From an uncultured Clostridia bacterium (GTDB lineage Bacteria > Bacillota > Clostridia > TANB77 > CAG-508): a stretch of 17,641 bases of DNA. Under the pieces are notes generated by a model that saw nothing but the letters and a program-made list of their open reading frames with translations, ran no database searches and was not told where the DNA came from. How positions within the stretch are numbered: position 1 is the first letter of the stretch; each line of letters starts with the position of its first letter. Shown in pieces: positions 13,010 to 17,641 of this stretch. Made by a program: the position numbers and the translations under genes. The DNA is taken from NCBI GenBank assembly GCA_949747775.1, contig CATKGX010000098.1:1-17641 (forward strand), given 5' to 3'.

Positions 13010-14968
13010 ATGAAAGAAGAGAAAAACAGCATTGAAGAAAAAGAGAAAAAATTAGGAAAAAAGAAGCCAGAGACAGCCAAAAAAGAAACAAAATCAAAAA
13101 CAGAAAAAAAGCGAAACGAACAAAAGTCAAAAAGAATAGAAGAAAAGAAAGATATATCGAAAGTAGAAAAAGAAGAGGAAAAAGAAGTTAAAGAAAATAT
13201 CGCTTGCAAAACAGAACAAGTGCAAATAGAAAATACAGAGGAAGAAACAGCAGAAAAGTCAGAGATAAGTGAGATAAAGCAAGAAGAGAAGACACAAAAG
13301 GTAGAGCCAGAATTAACTCAGGAGGGACCAGTAAAAAAAGAACCGCAAACCGTAAAAAACAAAAAAGCAATGATACCAATTATTGTAACAACAACTATTG
13401 CAATACTAATACTCTTGTTCTCAGTTATATTTGCCCTTATTCATATTAACGATGAAAAGATACTATCTGGTATTAGTATTATAGGAATAGATGTATCAAA
13501 TTTGACACTAGAAGAGGCAAATAAAAAAATAGAAGAGTTAACGAATCAAAATTTGCAAAAAGATATAACATTAAAATATGAAGATTATGAAACAACAATT
13601 AGTGGTAAGCAATTTAGTGCAAAATTTGATGTAGAAGCAGCAGTAAAGGAAGCTTATAATATAGGAAAAGATGGAAATATTGTTGTAAATAACTATAAAA
13701 TATTATTCACACAATTGTTTAAAAAAGATATTCATATGGAGTTTTATTACGATGATGAAGCATTAAACAATAAATTACAAGCAATATCATCAAAACTACC
13801 AGGAACAGTAAAACAAAGTAGTTATTATATAGAAGATGAAAAACTAATTATTGTAAAAGGAACAGCAGGAATAAGAATAAAAGAAAACGAATCAAAAGAA
13901 AAGATATCTCAAAAAATACAGCAATTAGAAACAAGAGACAATATTATTTCTATTCCAGTGGAGCAAGTAGAGCCAGATAAAATTAATTTAGCTAAAATAA
14001 GAGAAGAAATTTATAAAGAACCAAAGGATGCCTATGTTTCTAAAAATCCGACAACCGTACACCCACATGTAAATGGAGTAGATTTTAAAGTTTCTATTGA
14101 AGAAGCAGAAAAACAATTAAAAGAAGAGAAAAAGGAGTATACAATTCCTTTAAAAATCACAGTAGCATCAAAAACAATAAAAGATTTAGGAGAAGAAGCT
14201 TTTCCAGATCAACTTGCTACTTTCTCTACAAGATATGACTCTAGTAACTATAATAGAAGCAATAACTTAAGCTTAGCAGCAAAAAAAATTAATGGAACAA
14301 TATTAATGCCAGGTGAAATATTTTCATATAATACAGTAGTAGGAGAAAGAACAATAGCAGCAGGGTATAAAGAAGCAGGAGCGTATGCAGGAGGAAAAGT
14401 CGTGCAAGATGTAGGAGGAGGAATTTGCCAAATATCATCTACGATTTATAATACAGCACTTCTTGCAAATCTAGAAATAGTAGATAGAAGCAACCATCAA
14501 TTTCAGACTTCATATGTACAACAAAGTAGAGACGCAACAGTTAGTTGGGGAGGACTAGACTTTAAATTTAAGAATAATAGAAAATATCCTATTAAAATAG
14601 TATCATCTGCTCAAAATGGAGTAGCGAAAGTAAGCTTTTATGGAATTAAAGAAGAAACAGAATATGAAGTGTTTATCCAATCAAAGGTATTATCATATTT
14701 ACCATATAGCGTAAAATATATAGAAGATAGTTCCTTAGCAGAAGGAAAAGAAATAGTGGAGCAATCAGGATATAATGGATGTAAAAGTGAAGCTTATAGA
14801 ATATTGAAGTTAAATGGTAAAGTAGTTTCGAAAACATTATTATCAAAAGATACATACGACCCAATGCAAAAAATTGTAAGAAAAGGAACAAAAAAAGTAG
14901 AACCTAAAAAAGAAACAGCAAAAAAAGATAATACAGCTAAACAAGAAAATAAGAAAAAAACTGAATAA
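13010..14968 (+). CDS. VanW-family membrane protein with C-terminal G5 domain and a K/E-rich N-terminal tail
   Basis: VanW core ...INGTILMPGEIFSYN..VGERT...GY..A.......VGGGICQ.SST.YN..L...L.I..R..H.. G5-like ...EGKEIVEQSGYNGCKSEAYR....NGKVVSK.L.S.D.Y.P. Single TM at about aa 130-155. I start at ATG 13010 (GAGGGAG 7 nt upstream), because the track start at 12977 overlaps -10-like sequence and has no RBS. Confidence 0.9.
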   Translation: MKEEKNSIEEKEKKLGKKKPETAKKETKSKTEKKRNEQKSKRIEEKKDISKVEKEEEKEVKENIACKTEQVQIENTEEETAEKSEISEIKQEEKTQKVEPELTQEGPVKKEPQTVKNKKAMIPIIVTTTIAILILLFSVIFALIHINDEKILSGISIIGIDVSNLTLEEANKKIEELTNQNLQKDITLKYEDYETTISGKQFSAKFDVEAAVKEAYNIGKDGNIVVNNYKILFTQLFKKDIHMEFYYDDEALNNKLQAISSKLPGTVKQSSYYIEDEKLIIVKGTAGIRIKENESKEKISQKIQQLETRDNIISIPVEQVEPDKINLAKIREEIYKEPKDAYVSKNPTTVHPHVNGVDFKVSIEEAEKQLKEEKKEYTIPLKITVASKTIKDLGEEAFPDQLATFSTRYDSSNYNRSNNLSLAAKKINGTILMPGEIFSYNTVVGERTIAAGYKEAGAYAGGKVVQDVGGGICQISSTIYNTALLANLEIVDRSNHQFQTSYVQQSRDATVSWGGLDFKFKNNRKYPIKIVSSAQNGVAKVSFYGIKEETEYEVFIQSKVLSYLPYSVKYIEDSSLAEGKEIVEQSGYNGCKSEAYRILKLNGKVVSKTLLSKDTYDPMQKIVRKGTKKVEPKKETAKKDNTAKQENKKKTE

Positions 14969-14978
14969 AAATATACCA

Positions 14979-15005
14979 AAAGAGCTGCCAAACTGGCAGC
15001 TCTTT
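14979..15005. terminator. Bidirectional terminator between the VanW gene and the 103-aa gene
   Basis: 12-bp stem AAAGAGCTGCCA (14979-14990) / TGGCAGCTCTTT (14994-15005) with a 3-nt loop. Confidence 0.6.
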
Positions 15006-15011
15006 CAAAGA

Positions 15012-15323
15012 TTAAAACATATTACGCATTTTTATTTCAGCATCAATCAATTCGGATTCATGTGCCAAAGCACATGAAGATAAAAAGTAAAGAATAAGGA
15101 AAACGATCATGCCGAAACAGTACAAAAGTTCATGTTCGTAAAAGATTCCGCTTGAAGTCAGATAGCAGAAACCTGCGATTACTGCCCAAAGCAACAAGAG
15201 CAACAAAATACGAGCCAAGAGATTTACGTTAGAAAGAACAAGCAATTGAGAATTGCTTTTTTTCCGATACTTTCGAGCCTCTTGTGTGGAACGATTGAAC
15301 AGCGTGTTAAAACCTTTTTTCAT
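15012..15323 (-). CDS. Small two-TM membrane protein, function unknown
   Basis: 103 aa from ATG 15323 (MKKGFNTLF...) with AAGGAGG 7 nt upstream. Basic N-terminus, then two hydrophobic helices. The longer ORF-track version (to 15506) would run through its own promoter and the tRNA terminator. Confidence 0.7.
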   Translation of the reverse strand: MKKGFNTLFNRSTQEARKYRKKSNSQLLVLSNVNLLARILLLLLLWAVIAGFCYLTSSGIFYEHELLYCFGMIVFLILYFLSSCALAHESELIDAEIKMRNMF

Positions 15324-15375
15324 GAAATAGCCTCCTTGCATTTGCATATAGGTAATATAAGTAAAGTATAACAAT

Positions 15376-15404
15376 ATTATAACATGTTTACATAAAAATA
15401 TCAA
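15376..15404 (-). promoter_or_regulatory. Putative extended -10 promoter of the 103-aa gene
   Basis: Minus strand: TTGATA (15404-15399), 17-nt spacer, TGtTATAAT (-10 at 15381-15376). Confidence 0.55.
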
Positions 15405-15495
15405 GTCTAATGTATGGATGCATGTAAGAAAGAGAAAATGTATTCTTTGATTTTTATGTAATATATATTGAGAAATAGTCGGGAAACATAGAACT

Positions 15496-15536
15496 AAAAG
15501 AGACAAGCGATAATCTAAAACTCGCTTGTCTCTTTT
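15496..15536. terminator. Rho-independent terminator downstream of tRNA-Lys(CUU)
   Basis: 15-bp stem AAAAGAGACAAGCGA (15496-15510) / TCGCTTGTCTCTTTT (15522-15536). A/T runs are built into the stem ends, and it lies 3 nt from the tRNA 3' end. Confidence 0.8.
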
Positions 15537-15539
15537 AGT

Positions 15540-15615
15540 TGGTGCGCCATAGAGGATTCGAACCTCCGACCATTTGATTAAGAGTCAACTGCTCTACCAA
15601 CTGAGCTAATGGCGC
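15540..15615 (-). tRNA. tRNA-Lys (anticodon CUU)
   Basis: The reverse complement folds as acceptor GCGCCAT/ATGGCGC, D arm GCTC..GAGC, anticodon arm GTTGA-CTCTTAA-TCAAA (one terminal mismatch), T arm GGAGG-TTCGAAT-CCTCT, encoded CCA. 76 nt. Confidence 0.93.
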
Positions 15616-15698
15616 AAAATTAAAATATGAAATTGTGTGCCATTAACTCAGATAAGAGCACAAATGATAAAATGAAATCATTTGAACATGACATCAAT

Positions 15699-15727
15699 AT
15701 TATAAAACCATTCTTTTAATTTGTCAA
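15699..15727 (-). promoter_or_regulatory. Promoter of tRNA-Lys(CUU)
   Basis: Minus strand: perfect TTGACA (15727-15722), 17-nt spacer, TATAAT (15704-15699). Confidence 0.7.
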
Positions 15728-15746
15728 CAATTTTTGGAATGTAACA

Positions 15747-15775
15747 TTGTAAAAATTGCGAAAATATGTTATGAT
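15747..15775 (+). promoter_or_regulatory. Putative extended -10 promoter of corA
   Basis: TTGTAA (15747-15752), 17-nt spacer containing TG at 15767-15768, TATGAT (15770-15775). Confidence 0.55.
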
Positions 15776-15796
15776 ATAAAACCAAGGGGTGATATT

Positions 15797-16741
15797 ATGT
15801 TAAAAATGTATAATACAGATGTGAAAACAAATGTAACAACAGAAACAAAAGAATTTATTAAAGGAAATTGGATTAATATGGTATCGCCGACAGAAGAGGA
15901 AATCAAAAAAGTATGTAAAAGTATTAACATAAAAGAAGATTTTATTAGGTATGCATTAGACTATGAAGAAAAGGTCAGAATTGATATAGAAGAAGACGAT
16001 AACACAATACTATTTATTATAGATATACCAGTAATAGAAAAAGAAAATGGAAATAAAGTTTACAGTACAATGCCAATTGGTATTATTTTTGTAAGAGATG
16101 ACTATTTTATTACAGTTTCCATCACTAAAAATCATATTATCGATAATTTAGAAAGAAATAGAAGCACGATTACCTATAAAAAAAGTAGATTACTTTTACA
16201 AATATTTTATGCAAATGCAGAAAGATTTCTAGTATTGTTAAAAAGGTTAAACAAGGAAACTGAAGTAGCAGAAAGTGTATTAAAGAATTCTATGAAAAAT
16301 AAGGAATTATTAAAATTACTTAGTTTAAAAAAAGGATTGGTATACTTTACAACGTCATTAAAGTCAAATGAGGTTGTTATGGAAAAAACACTTCGAGGAA
16401 ATTTAATAAAATTATATGAAGAGGATGAAGACATTTTAGAAGATGCGATTATAGAAAACAAACAAGCAATTGAAATGAGTAGAATATATAGTGATATTTT
16501 AACAGGAACACTAGATGCATATGCTTCCATTATTTCAAACAACTTAAATGGAGTAATGCAATTTTTAACATCGATTACTATTATATTAGCGATACCAACT
16601 ATGATTTCAAGTTACTGGGGGATGAACGTGCAAGTACCACTGCAAAACAACCCATTTGGATTTATTATTATGGTACTATTTTCAATTTTAGTAGGAATTA
16701 TAGCGACACTATGGCTAAAAAGAAAAGGAATGTTAAATTAA
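15797..16741 (+). CDS. corA: CorA-family Mg2+/Co2+ transporter
   Basis: About 314 aa from ATG 15797 (AAGGGGTGA RBS). YWGMNV (GMN signature) sits between two C-terminal TM helices, preceded by a large cytoplasmic N-domain. The track start at 15734 (TTG) overlaps the promoter. Confidence 0.9.
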   Translation: MLKMYNTDVKTNVTTETKEFIKGNWINMVSPTEEEIKKVCKSINIKEDFIRYALDYEEKVRIDIEEDDNTILFIIDIPVIEKENGNKVYSTMPIGIIFVRDDYFITVSITKNHIIDNLERNRSTITYKKSRLLLQIFYANAERFLVLLKRLNKETEVAESVLKNSMKNKELLKLLSLKKGLVYFTTSLKSNEVVMEKTLRGNLIKLYEEDEDILEDAIIENKQAIEMSRIYSDILTGTLDAYASIISNNLNGVMQFLTSITIILAIPTMISSYWGMNVQVPLQNNPFGFIIMVLFSILVGIIATLWLKRKGMLN

Positions 16742-16747
16742 AAATAG

Positions 16748-17641
<894 letters not shown>

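Noticed and set aside
10348-14991. Short overlapping ORFs 10348-10530, 11353-11562, 12680-12862, 12967-13209, 13188-13379, 14673-14891 and 14794-14991
   Set aside because: All are alternative-frame or antisense shadows of longer genes carrying recognisable domains (SDR, S24 repressor, VanW/G5). Several are poly-F/L/S translations of the purine-rich K/E tract.
15324-15506. N-terminal extension of the 164-aa minus-strand ORF
   Set aside because: The extension would read through the gene's own promoter and into the tRNA terminator stem. The internal ATG at 15323 has a perfect AAGGAGG RBS.
15734-15796. TTG start at 15734 for corA
   Set aside because: It overlaps the predicted -35/-10 elements and lacks an RBS. 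ATG 15797 follows AAGGGGTGA.

Overview
AT-rich (roughly 30% GC by eye), standard-code, Firmicutes/Clostridia-like chromosomal window. Plus strand: the 3' tail of an unknown CDS, a 240-aa conserved hypothetical, gyrA (own promoter, no gyrB upstream), a small DUF1858-type CxxC protein, a tRNA-Lys(UUU)/Glu(UUC)/Thr(UGU) operon, an SDR oxidoreductase, a VanW+G5 membrane protein, corA, and the 5' part of a YbiT-like ABC-F ATPase. Minus strand: a dnaD-like/dnaI-like replication loader pair, an orphan 239-aa HTH-like gene, a CBM25/53-like small protein, an XRE-HTH/S24-peptidase repressor, a 103-aa membrane protein and tRNA-Lys(CUU). The stand-out is a compact minus-strand operon (about 5630-9162). 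It encodes a type IV coupling-protein-like ATPase, a VirB2/TrbC-like pilin-type protein, a VirB6/TrbL-like polytopic protein and a PrgI/TcpE (VirB3-like) protein. The window holds no VirB4 ATPase, relaxase, cell-wall hydrolase or integrase, and the operon abuts the dnaD/dnaI promoter. It is either a sharply truncated conjugative-element remnant or a domesticated minimal T4SS-like membrane module. Many sigma-A-type promoters (TTGxxx-17 nt-TATAAT, often with a TGn extension) and Rho-independent terminators can be read directly. No rRNA, CRISPR array, transposase or integrase was seen. All functional calls rest on motifs read by eye, because no database search was possible.
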